Positions 16,187 to 29,427 of a stretch of 64,000 nucleotides of DNA are shown here, piece by piece. Numbering within the stretch: the stretch's first letter is position 1; every line of letters starts with the position of its first letter. Below the pieces are notes generated by a model that ran no database searches, was not told the origin of the DNA, and saw only the letters and a list, made by a program, of their open reading frames with translations. The DNA is from Paramecium tetraurelia. Its lineage: Eukaryota. A program made the position numbers and the translations under genes. The DNA lies in the NCBI GenBank assembly GCA_000165425.1, contig CT867985.1, positions 806,001 to 870,000 of the forward strand, written 5' to 3'.

Positions 16187-17700
16187 ATGTATTAAGTTGA
16201 AGGAATTAATATAGCAGTTGAAGGTTGCTTTCATGGCAATTTTGATGAGATATTTGCTGAAGTTGTAGAGTTCGAGAAAAAAAAATAAATTAAAATTGAT
16301 TTAATTACTCGTTTGTGGAGATGTTCAAACTATGAGAAATAAAAATGATATGTATAACATGGCATGTCCTAAGAAATATTTATAAATGGGTTCATTTCAC
16401 AAATACTATACAGGTGAAAGAATAGCTCCTTGTTTAACAATATTTATTGGAGGAAATCATGAGGCATCTAATTATTTGAGAGAAATGTACAAAAACAATT
16501 AATTTTATTAGGCATTTTGGAGGCTGGGTTTGTCCAAATATCTATTACTTGGGGAGTTCAAATGTAATCGAAGTGAAAAAAGGGAAAACTACATTTAAAT
16601 TAGGAGGAAACTCAGGGATATTTAACAATTCAGATTTTTATATTTCTAAATTAGAAAATTTCCCATTCGAATAAGACTAATTACATTCGGTATATCACAT
16701 CAAATAATTTGATTTATATAAATTATGTATGTATGAAGGAGATGTAACTATGTTTTTATCTCATGATTGGCCATTAAGTAAATTTAGATTTCATTCTAAC
16801 TAGATATTGAAAAACATGGGAATACCAATGATTTGATTCGTAGAAAAAAACATTTTGAAGCAGATATTGTTGAAGGAAAATTTGGTAGCATTTCGCATCT
16901 CCATTTATTAAATAAGCTTTAGCCTAACTTTTGGTTTGCTGGTCACATGCATGTAAAATTTGAGGCTCAAGTAAATCATCAATCAAAAAAATAAACAAAG
17001 TATTAAAATCTATTGAGTTTAATAGATTTTTAGCTCTGGATAAATGTCTACCAGGAAGAGAATTTCTATCATTCTTTACATATACAAAAGAAGGGCTAGA
17101 TGTGTATAATGAATTTGCTTCCAATAATGAACCAGTTGAATTATATTATGACCCTGAATGGCTGGCAATCATGAAAACTACTTACAATTTATAATTGATA
17201 TGGGATAAAATGCCTAAATTATTTGAATGCAATTATGCATAAAAAGAGTATTTATCTATAAATATATGGTTAGATTAAAATTAATAAGGTGGGAAAAGTA
17301 CTAGTAAATGTTATAAGCAAAATAAGAAGTATTAAATAAATATAAAAATCAACGAATTAAAATACCAAATAATTTCTAAATAACAGCTACTCCTCATCAT
17401 AAAAATGATCACACAAATAGGTTAACCTTCCCCAATAAAGTAATTATGAATAACCAGATGAGTGATTATTTGAAATTGATCGGTGAAACAGGTTTAGAAT
17501 TAAATGGATTTCTATTTTATGATCCTCAATAACCACGAAAACAAGAATAGTCCAGTTAGTTTTAAGTAATCAATAGAATAGAAAGTCAATAGAATAAAAA
17601 GAAAGTTAAATAAGAAATTCTAAACCAGTTGGAGCAATCATAGAACTAATAAAAAAAGGATGGTAATTTGAGTGCATAAGATTTTCCATTTTTATAATGA
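16187..17700 (+). CDS. DBR1: RNA lariat debranching enzyme (apparent +1 frameshift near 16304)
   Basis: [67 protein letters not shown]; four tiny introns; one extra base between KIDL and LLVCGD. Confidence 0.92.
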
Positions 17701-17854
17701 AAATAAATAATAAACATAATTTTAAAATACCTAAATATAGTGAATCAAACTCAATATGAATGGGAATTCTTTCATATAAAATTTTATTGCGTATTAATAG
17801 AGATTAAAGGATTGTGTAATATTTGAATATTTTTTCAATATTAATAAATTTGAT

Positions 17855-19586
17855 ATGATGGCACAGGCTGATTTCATAGAATTCAAGGCATCCAGATCCC
17901 ATTCACAGTACAAATTGAACTCTATTGATTTCGATGATTTTGCGTACAACTTGAATAAAACGATATACAATTTCTAAAAGTCATAAGAAGGAAAAACGAT
18001 AGATAAAATTTCTAAATTTAGAAGGGCAAAGAGCTTCTTATATGTCAAAAAACATGAATCAACCAACGCTATCTATTAGACCTTCAGTAGGAACGCTCCT
18101 GGATTCGATGAAAATGAAACCAAGGAACTCATGGAGCTCATTCTCTAGTTAGAATATTTATTCATTCTCTACCACAAATTCTATCCAGATCAAAGTAACC
18201 CAGTTTTGCTCACGTCCTATCTAAATTGTCTAACCTACAATAAAGAAAGTATACAATATACTATTTTATAGAATATTTTGATAATTACACCAATGACATC
18301 TCGGAAACCCTCCAAATGTCAATTTTACGTAATTCTTAATAAAGAATTATCGAAGAAAAAACTGACGAAAACCTAATAAAATTCTTAGTCAATGAGATCA
18401 ATAGAAGGAATAAATATAAGAAAAATATGTAACTTATCAGAAGTGATTTAAACAAATTTCAAAAACTTTAACAAAATTATGAAATTTAAAGGAAAACCAA
18501 ATAATTAGAGCATACTAAATCAAATATGTTAGTGGCATCATTAAAAATAGTATTTTAAAATGTAAAATCATATCCCTATCTTAGACTTAAAACCATTCAA
18601 TTAATGTTCGATTTCCATTGATTGATTAAAATAAATCATTATGTTTGGATTTTGAGAAACTACTGAAGTAAGGGGATATTCACGATCTATTTAAATAATG
18701 GAACAATTACATTGACATCACATCTTCTCATTCAGAAATCACATTGCTAATCTCAATCGTCTAAGATCTCTTTCAAGAGGAAAGTTGGATAATCAAATCC
18801 ATTCTTGAATAGGTCTAAGATGAATCCATCATCTCTATTGATAAAATAATCTTGCAAATTGGGGCCTTAACATAATTCTGCCCCAAATGCTTGAATGTTA
18901 TGGATAGGAGTCACAAGGAAATCGCTTATTTGTTATAGTCGAAACTATAAAAATAATTGTTGAGCCTATAAATTAACGAAAATCTAAGCATTTAAAAATA
19001 AGTCATGATTATGCAAAATTCATAAGAGGAGTTATAAAAGGAAGATGAAAGACATAGTTTAGAGAATGCTTTGTTATAATCAAACAATTTGAAAATGTGT
19101 TTAATACCTTAAGGATTGATGAGCTAATTGTTTTTCATTCACAGATATTCTGATAATGGTACTCAAGCAGAGGAAGAGGAGGAATAACATTAGATTCAAG
19201 AATAGAAACAAGATTCTCAATAAAAAATTCAATTAGAAAATAGCTAAATTAAATTTAATAGATAATTTGTTCGATAGGCCTCAAGAAGAACTAGCCTAAT
19301 AAGTTTTGGATATTCTGAAATGCAAGCTGAATATTCAGATTTTGAACCACTCAGACAAAAATTGACAGATATGAAAATTCATTCAACTGTGTATATGGAA
19401 AATGCGGATAAAAAGGAATGGAAGAAGATATTTGATAAGATTAAATAGGAGAAAATGTAAAATTAAGAATTTCTAAAAAATTAATCAATATCTTCTAATT
19501 CATCTTTTGAAATGAATTGTATTGACGAAAAGTTTTTGAAATAGATGAAAGTCTTCTTATAAAATCAATAAATGAGAAGACAATGA
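17855..19586 (+). CDS. Hypothetical 561-aa protein with candidate Zn-dependent deaminase motif (HSE...CPKC)
   Basis: Two 23-nt introns (18249-18271, 18562-18584) give a continuous frame; HSE at 18729-18737 and CPKC at 18879-18890 are in frame. Confidence 0.75.
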
Positions 19587-19747
19587 GATCTCTAAAGAGT
19601 CTAATTAATGAAATTTTTGTACATTTTGTATATACAGAATATAATTTGTTTTTTGAGTGCTTCTATTTACATAAATCATATTATTTGATATTAAGTAAAT
19701 TAGTTTATATCTTATGTTTATCGAATTAAAAACTCAAAATATTTAAA

Positions 19748-22700
19748 TCATTTAAAGGAATGTAATCGCTATGGTGAAGTACCACCTCCTCCATATCCAG
19801 TTGTATTATTTATTACTTTTTTAACTGTCTTAAAGCTTTGAATCGTTTTCGATAATGGTTTTTTCATTGTGTCTGCAAAGGTTTTTCCTCTTAATTTATC
19901 TCCTAACCTCCTTAATTTCCATCCCTTTTTAATTGTCATGAAGAAGAAGGAAAAGTTAGAAAATTCTGGATATAGCCTTTTTTTGCCAAAAAACTTTTGT
20001 AATCTCGTATATCTATTATATATGAAATGGGAGAGTACCTTTTTATAACTGAATCATAATTATTAAAGGGAAAGTAGTATAAGAATGCTTACATTTTATC
20101 GAATTAAGCTAGAATTGTTGTGGATGTATGCTAATTATAGGTTTAATTGTCCATGAAAGAAGTAGGATTAACATCATTTGTCATTTCTCTTCCTTGATTT
20201 CTAGTAAATGTTCTGGTAGCATTTGATTATTTTTTGGATGTAGGTCTTCTTGCATGATTTCTAATTTCTAAATCAGATTGAGTGGGAGGATATATCTTTT
20301 CCGGAGTCAAAGTCCTCTTAATAGTTTAAGAGTTTCTTCCTTTTTGTGTGTAAGTGTGAGATCTTTGGGTTGATGAACGAGGTATGATTTCCTCAGCTGA
20401 TTCTTTCCGAGTAAAAGTTATTTTCGATTATTGATTTCTGACTACTTCTTGGCTTTTATTCGCTGGAATGGGCAAGTGCATAGGGACTTGATCTTTTTCT
20501 TCTTCTGATTCTTCATCAGAGCTTTCTTATTCGTCATCATCCCTTATAATATCAACATGCACACTATCTCTCATTCCGCCTCCAAACCCAGCTGTTTAAA
20601 GAGTTGTCCTAGGAAGTGCTACCTTTCTCGAATAATTTTTCTAATCATCTTCTTCTACTTCTGGAATTTAATTTAATTAAGTCTGCTTTTGACTTAATTT
20701 ACTAAATGTTCTTGAATTGCTCCTTTGATTTAATGAAGATGGTACATCGATTTCAACTAAAATAAATGAATATAAAATAAACCTTCATCCTCATAAACAT
20801 CATTCATCATATTTGAATGTTGGTCCAAATCTTCAAAATCTGTGCCTTTACTTGCTAAATACTAGAGTTCTTGCTGCAATTCTTTGGCTTTTGTCATTAC
20901 ATATTTTTATATGATCCAAGGACTGAGTTCCTTATCTCTTTCTTATCTTCCTCTAACCTTGTTCCTTTTTTAATCAAACGGATAGAGTTCTCTTTTTAGT
21001 ATAGCTTCTTTGTCTGGACAGAGATGTACATAATGACATTTATCAATTAGATGATTATTACTCTAGCAACTGTAACAATTTACTTATAGGACACTATAGT
21101 CCTATTACATTAAGGAATGATTCAATTGGCAGTACTTTTCATAATCATTAGGATAGGAAAGCAAGATCTTGATAAAGTTTTCTCGTTTGATTTTGAATAC
21201 TTTTGTAAATGCTCTTGAAATAGCAGTGGCCTTTCTAGATTAACCAGTAAAGAATCCTAATTCTCCGAAATAATCACCTTAAGATAAGAATTTTAGACTG
21301 TTCCTTTTGGTTTTCTCATTTAAACTGTTTAAGCCTTCAAAGATGATTTCAACTTCCCCTTTTGTAATTATGTATAAAGATGAGTCATCAGTTTAATTAA
21401 TAGTGATGATCCTCTCTTCTGGAGAGAAACTCTGTTCCTCCATTTAGCCCAACAAAGACTTTATCATTTTCTAAGAAAAGGTTTTGATCATGACTTTGCA
21501 GCTGCTCAATATGTTCCCTCTCAATTAATATTGTAACTCCTCCTATAGATTACTACTCAATTTGCTAATCAAAGTTACTACTTCTTCGTCATTCATATTT
21601 TGTTCCTCCTACCATATATACTCTAAATAACTCCGTATTCTAGTTTACAATTCAAATTAGATTTTGTTTTTAGACATGAATGTGTTTATTAATGTCACAC
21701 TTCTGCTGTATTCCATCGCTCCTTTGTACATGTTGGATACAAAAATTCCTATACTATTTACAGAATAAGCAAAGACTATGGAGGCTATGAGCATCGTCAA
21801 ATTATTGATTAACAATTCAAGATTATTCTTGGCTGTAATGTCTCCGTAGCCTACTGTTGTCATGGTCATTGTGGCCCAATATATTGCAGTATTGTATTTG
21901 GAGGCATTTCCTTTGTCTCTCAATTCATAAGCATCCAGCCAAGAATAACCGTCATTGTAGAAGGCTATCCCATGCCAAACACAAGCACAAATATGAGCAA
22001 TAAATACTATTATCATTGTTAACTTCAATAAGCCCACCAAATCATTTAAGGAACCGTACAAATTGAAGAACCTATTATTCGATATTACTTATTGATACTC
22101 TTATATTTATGCTAGGATCTTGTTAATCTTGGTCATCCTGAGAACGTAGAATACAGCACATAATGCTATTTGAATGGCCAACATTTAATTGGAATCTCCA
22201 TTGTTGGTCAGAATGAAAAACTGGAGGGTTATCGTACTGAGCGAAACCTTGAATCCTTATATATTCACAATAAGATACCAAATCAACAAAGGCGTATTGT
22301 CGAAAGTAATTTATTAATATTCTCTTTCTGTTTCTAATTATTATTCCCTTGTAGATAAAGGCCAAGTTCAATCCCACAAACACGTCCATACTGAGGATGG
22401 ACAAAAACAAAATTTCCAGGATCTACTTCGTCTCGTTGTACCCCAAGAATTCCCCTATTGACTCCAGTTTGAAAGAAATCTTATAAGGAAGCCAAAAGAA
22501 TATCAATAAGTATATTAAAATTTAAAATAGGCCCCAAATAAAGATGAACTAACTGTAAGGTGTAAAAACCTCAATGTAGGAGAAAAATCTCTTGATTGCC
22601 TCCAATTTTGTAAGAGTTCTCCTCTAATCCTGATAGTATGTCTCATTCTCTAATTGTAAATCGTCCAAAACCTGAACCTAATAGCCAGACAATTAATCCA

Positions 22701-23082
22701 ATTTCCTTAGGTAAGATCTATTCCAAAGGTTGTGAATGAAATTGTTCTGGATACTCTTTGCTATTATCAATTTAAGAAACTGAGGCTTCCCATTAGATTC
22801 GACATCGTCTTCTGCTACATAGGCAGATTGATATTCGGATTTTTTCATTCCCTTCGTTGATTTATGCATCTCAACAGGAACAGCCTATATGGATTGCTCA
22901 CTTATGTCTGCCAACTTCATTTAATCAGGAACAGTGAAAGAATTCCAACTAGCTGGAATAAATCTACTCGAATCCCCATCTCCCACAACTATCCTCCCAG
23001 AGAGCATAATCGGAGTTGGCCCTTGAAAGATCTCCTCCTGTAAACTAAATGAGTTCTGTTAATTCTCGTTTGAAATACTCAT
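19748..23082 (-). CDS. K+ channel with cyclic-nucleotide-binding domain (EAG/HCN-like)
   Basis: Six TM segments, pore YWATMTMTTVGYGDI, C-linker, CNBD (GDYFGELGFF), long low-complexity tail. Confidence 0.93.
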
Positions 23083-23099
23083 TAAATAATATAAATATA

Positions 23100-25077
23100 T
23101 CACTTTGCAAGTGGATGTTAATAAATATTATAATTCATAATTAGGTTTATTTTGTTATCGGCAAGTATGCTCTAATTAGTGAACCGATCAAGTTTAACCT
23201 AGATCTATACTATTAGTATCACTGAAATGATGAAGGTAGCAATTGTTAAGAGAGTATACTTTGTATTCCATTCCAACACAAACATGACCAAATTTAGAAG
23301 CAACTTTGGATATATGGTGTAAAAGCTAGTGATCAAAACTCGATAAATCAGAGTGTTGTTAGATTTGATTTCTTAGCCAAAGACTGTTTACAGATTCAAA
23401 CTGTCCACGTAAAATCTACACATGGAATAGAAGACACCTGCTAAATGAATAAATGGGATGTTGGTGGAGAATGTCATCACTATAAAGAGGACTGCGATTT
23501 ACAATCCATAATAGTATCCATACGAAAAAATATCTCCAAGAGGTTAGAGATGAGGGTATATCTTAAAATGCTTTCTTTTCAACTCAGTATATTGAACACT
23601 TATGTAGCTTGTAAATATTTCATCCAATCTCAACATTGTTATTAAAGATACACAACCAGCTTAGATTAATATTCCTATGAAAAATCTCCCATTGTTCAAC
23701 TAATATTAGATTAATCAAAATACAAAATAAACAGCTTGTATTGCTGAGATCATATTTGTGGCACCCTGCATTACAATTTAATACACGTTGTGAACAGCCA
23801 AAAATGAAATTGCTGGAATTACCAACATATTCATGGTCAAATAAAATACACAAGGATTGAAAATTTTAATTTAATACTGCGATTTACTTATATGTCTTTC
23901 CCATCTAGATGATAATTAAATCAACATAAGTAGAGCACTGTTTATCAATACAACTAAAATCAAAGAGAAATATTATCTAAATACAGATATGTCCCCTTCA
24001 TCCTCTTATTTTCCAATTGAATTATCAAACCCTATAAATTCTATAATGCTAGTTGGAGTTGTGAAAAAAAGCAATACCAAAATAAGAAGGATTTACATAA
24101 AAAACCTTCTTAACATTAAATTTTTTAAAGTAGTATTTAAATATAAGTAAATTACATCAAAAGGATCTGGGGCTTCAAATGCCAAAAGATAAGTTTAGCT
24201 TATTTTGATTCTATCATCTTCAATATTGTCAGAATCAGCTTTATGACAGCTTTTAAACTCAAACTTAAATCGCTAGAGGCTTTGATTCACTGCTTCAACA
24301 GTATCGAAGGTTATAATAGCATGGCCACTGTTAGGTTCAACTTAAGGAATTTCTTATAATTTTGGAGAGAAACAGCTGATAAGCAATTGATGTTTATTTT
24401 GCAAATATAATTCGTTCTCTTTCTGATTCTTGACTTCCTTAATGGGATATTTGGGAATTATCACAACTGATAGAACTTTGATATGCAGAGTATCAAAAAC
24501 TTAATTAAAGAAATTTTTAATATCTTCTTTAGTCACATCTTCCCTGATTCCCTTTATAAATATAGAATGCTATCTTATTATATCGACTTCCCCTTCTGAG
24601 TGTATCTCTGAGTTTTTGATTTCCTCCAAAGTGTTGTAAACAAATAACATCAAAATCCCACAATAAATTAAAGTCATACAAAATTAGAATGAAGGAGTAA
24701 AGTCTTGATCTATGATTATCAAACTAGTTTTCTTGTCTGGAAAAATACCTGATATGAAGGCAATCAGGAAAAAGACTAATTATAATTTTATAAGTTATCT
24801 TATGAAATAGAGATACTAGTATCCATCAATCCTAATGAATTTATTATTTCAAATACCCACAAACTCTAGTATAATAATCCTTATCAAATGCCAAGAGGAG
24901 TTTAATATTATGCTTAATAGTTATGAATGAATTTTAGATCAAGAGTATTGATCCGTCTTCAGGTCCTGGAAAGTAAATTCCTTTCCTTACAAATAGCACA
25001 TGATAGCAGATCAAAGTGAACAAAATGAGTAGAAAATTTAATCCAAACACAGAACCTAATTCAACTTGTTAACTCAT
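23100..25077 (-). CDS. OSCA/TMEM63 (CSC1-like) stress-gated cation channel
   Basis: GIDGYQYLYFIR, GHAIITF, EAPDPFDVIY, FSYGYYYG, multi-TM, C-terminal YQHPLAK-TGA. Confidence 0.85.
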
Positions 25078-25479
25078 AAGTTTATTTATATAATTTAATA
25101 TGACTTAGACTCAGACTTAAAAATGAACTATCCACTTCTAAGCTATCAATTCGACGAGAGCAAATTTAATACGTTATTTTAATGTATAAGTAGATGTTGA
25201 ATACATTACAAACACATAACAACAAACTCACATTAGAATCAAAGAAATCATCTTGAAACTTACGATGTATTCTAATATAAATTTGATATCATTTTACATT
25301 AGGATCTTATTGCTGGATTTCAATAGATAAATTCAATTATTAATATGATAATAAATTATAATTAAAAATAAAGAATAAATAACATAAATCTTTATTTTCT
25401 TAAACAACACAATAAATATAATGAGATTTACAAAAGTGAATAAAATATTATTTAAATGGTTAATAAAATTTGAATGAAT

Positions 25480-28400
25480 TCACCATAATGAATTTGCTTC
25501 AAAGAAGTTTGGCTCATATTTACTAGGCTTAGCGTAATTTCTGATGAAGTACTTTCGCATTTCTTCCCAGCAAAACAGACACATAGAATATGGAAGACCG
25601 GGCATTCTAATAATCTAATTATTAATTTACCCTAAATTTAAAATATCAACTGGTCTAGCACCAAACCAATTATTGACTCCAGGAATATAGACAATACAAA
25701 TAAAAATAAGTGTTTCAAGGAGGACACCATAAAACATGACTACGTTGATTGGTGAGTAAATCACTGACATTTTACGTTCTAAATATAGGTCACTATCACT
25801 TACATTTGCAAGAGAAGACATTAGACCATTAGACAAGTACGACAGCAACAAAATATGAGGTTTGAGCATATTTAAGTGCAGCAGTTTTGAAACAAGCATT
25901 GGTATTAATGGGATATTTGTTGTCTTCAAGTAACATGTCAGATCTATCAAAATATCGACAGAGGTTGTCTGAGTTTTAATTTTACCATTCTTCGAAGGTT
26001 GGGAACCATCTTTAATAGTTTTAATCGTAATAAACAAAGATGTATCTTAAATCATAGTAAATGATTTCTGGATTTATCCAATTAAGGGGGATGTTTTGGA
26101 ATCCAATACTTGAATCTAATGACTTTCCTTCTTCAACTGTGAGAATGGGAGCTTATTGCCAATCAGGATTGTAAGGTTGTGTGGTTAAAAATGGACTAAA
26201 AGTATAAGAAACTATTACTTATTCATATTCGGTAAGTCCCATACCCAAGTGGTGGGAGGGGGAGTATATGAACTTCCATTAGCTAATATAATAGATGGCC
26301 AAGGGATCTTCTAGTAAGGAGTATTCATCAAATTAAGAAGTAACTATGGAGGGAATCCATATTCATTCATAGTACTAAAATAACTGAAGAATCCAGCTGA
26401 AGTGGCAATGATTCCTTATAACAAATACGCATGAGTGATTAATCTCAAAGACACTAGATGATCGTCCTTCTTTCTGGGTTTACGAGTCATGATATCGATT
26501 TCTGCTTCTTCATAGGCAAATGAAATAGCGGGTAAGATATCAGTTCCAATACAAATGGTGAGAATGAAGGCATTGCTTAAAGGTAATGGTAGTCCTAAGG
26601 CAATTTCACCAACATATGGAAACACTTCTGTGATATTTGAAGTAAGTAGGTAAACGATTGTTTTCTTGAGATTGTCGAATATCTTTCTGCCTTCTTCAAC
26701 ACCATCAACAATAGATGCAAAATCATCATTTAATAATATCATATCTGCAGCATCTTTAGTGACATCAGATCCACTGATACCCATTGAAATACCAATATCT
26801 CCTTATTTGATTGCTGGAGAATCATTCACACCGTCTCCAGTCACTCCTACTACATGTCCGATGTATTGACAGGCTCTTACTATCATCAGCTTTTATGCAG
26901 GAGATGTACGTGCAAATACTACTTAAGGTTTACTGCACCAACTTTTAAGTCTCCTGTCTTTCATGTGTTCAGGGACATATTCTCCATTTTAACTCTCTTC
27001 CTCTAAAGCTTACACTATCATGTCTCCGTGAATTACAATTGCTGGGGCCAATCTAAAGGCCTCATCATAAGACATTGATGGGTTTTCCTCTAACAAATCA
27101 TCCACTGTCTTTCCTGTGATGATTCCAATCTATTTTGCTATTGCACCTGCTGTTGGTGGTTGATCTCCTGTCACCATGATCACTTTAATTCCTGCTGATT
27201 AACATTTTTTAATAGCTTATGGTACAGTCTCTTTAGGTGGATCCATTAATGATAACAATCCTAAGAAAGTAAAGCCTTCTAATTTGAATTTCAATGTGTC
27301 AATTGAGTTCAAATTAAACTTATATCCTTTCTAAAATTCAGATCTTGGTAAATGAAGTTTTGCAAATCCCAAGACTCTCTCACCTCCTTTACCAAATGAT
27401 ACATTGACTGATTTGAATTTTTGTGTTATCTACTCATCTATTGGTTGGTTTCTACCTTCTACTAACAAATAACTAGAAAATGTCCATAACTTCTCAGGTG
27501 CTCCTTTTATGTATACACAATAAAATGAATCCTGAGTCTCCCAATTCACAATACATAATGAGAATTTATTAGTGGAATTGAATGGCATCTTTGCTAAAGA
27601 CTTATCTGATAACTCCACTAATTATCTTCTTTGTCTAGTGTTTTCAATATCTTCAATTGGTTAAAAGAATTTAATTAGAGCTGTTTCTGATGCATCTCCA
27701 ATAGTTGGTGATTCCAACCAGTTGGTTGTAGCTTTGTCTTTAGCTTATATGTTGAACTTGGCTTCACTTGTAATGATTGCACAATCATGTAAGTCTCTAA
27801 AAGTAGGATCATTAATATCATATTCATATTCAGTATTTCTTCCATGTTTAAGTTTATTCAAAGCGACTCTCTTTAATCCATCATACCACACATTTGCAAC
27901 TGTCATTTTATTCTAAGTCAAAGTTCCTGTTTTATCTGAACATATGCAACTAGTAGATCCTAGGGTTTCCACTGCTTCCAAATTTTTGACTAGCACCTAT
28001 TTATCAGCCAATCTTTTTGCAGTAATAGCCAAAGATACTGTTATACATCCTAATAGACCTTCTGGTACATTAGCCACGATGATTCCTATTGCTTACCCTA
28101 CTGCTGTATCAACAGATGCTTGTTCGACCACTAATGATAAAATCAAGAACAAGATTCCAAGTCCTACAGCTATGCAAGAGATCAGAATGACAAATCTCTT
28201 CAATTCTATATTTAAAGGAGTTTCTGGAGTTTCTCCTCCTGTTGCTAAGTCTGCAATTTGACCCATTACTGTATTATCACCTATTTAAATGACTAAGCCT
28301 TTTCCTGATCCTTCCTTGCATAGAGTACCAAAGAATGCTAGATTCTTAGTTTCCAGAGGATTTTCACTTGTGAGTTCAGTTACTCTAAGTAATGGATCAC

Positions 28401-29318
28401 ATTCTCCGGTTAAAGCGGAATTGTCGACTTTCATTTCTCTTGACTAGATAATCCTAACATCTGCTGGAATTTTATCCCCCATCTTGATTTCAATGATATC
28501 CCCAGGGACTAGTTTCTCAGCTGGAACTTCTACTTTTTCTCCTCCTCTGATTGCTATACATTTCTATGGAAGGAAATTCTTAAACCCTTCCATTAATGCG
28601 TCTGCTTTTGCAGATTAATTATAAGTGATCGAACCTGTTAATAAAATGATGGCTATGAGAATGATTGCTATTCACAATAATCTATATATAATTACCAAGC
28701 CATAAGTTTGATTTTGCTCCCAAAGCCTCTGGATTCACACCGTACAATACAAAACACATTATAGATGCTATCCATAATAAAATTGAAAATGGTTGAACCA
28801 TTTCAAGAATCAACTTAATCCACCATGGCTTCTTCTTTTTCTCGGTCAATTTATTGTCCCCGTATTATTTATTCTTCGCTGTGGCCTAATCCTAAGTTAA
28901 TCCATCAGTTAAAGATGTTTCATATCTAGTTTTTGTAGAATATAAGTAGTAGATTACCTTTGCGATAATGCTATTACGTCCACTTTGTGCTCATCCATGT
29001 TTCGATACTCCTCTCCTTTGTTTTAAGCCTTTTTTAAGAGATCTTGCTTGGTATTTGTGGGAGCATCGTAATTTACAATGACTTCATTTGGAACAATTCC
29101 TCTTTCCTTAACTTAACAATGACACTTACTTTTGCTTACTAGTACATTTGACTCTGTCTTGATACCAAAGCTGCTGCTTTGACGGAACTTTTTCTGGCAT
29201 CCTGATTTTGCCTTAATCCCAAATCGACGCTCTAACGAAGTATTTAAAATCCTGTAACGATCTGTGGATTGTTGATAGGTGGGATGTCCCCTTCATTTAA
29301 TTGCCTATATTAAGCCAT
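25480..29318 (-). CDS. P-type IIC (Na+/K+- or H+/K+-like) ATPase alpha subunit
   Basis: [69 protein letters not shown]. Confidence 0.95.
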
Positions 29319-29427
29319 AGGCTATAAATTTAATAAAATAATATCTTAAGTCTTGTTTATAATATCTGTAGAGTTGTAAATAGTCATTTTTGAATAAATA
29401 TTAAAATCTGTGATTGGCTCATCAAAA

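Noticed and set aside
23082..23102. Possible OSCA-K+ channel fusion
   Set aside because: OSCA ends in YQHPLAK followed by an in-frame TGA at 23100-23102
25100..25330. Short coding-like fragments in the spacer
   Set aside because: Each ATG meets TGA quickly and there is no recognisable motif; cannot support a gene
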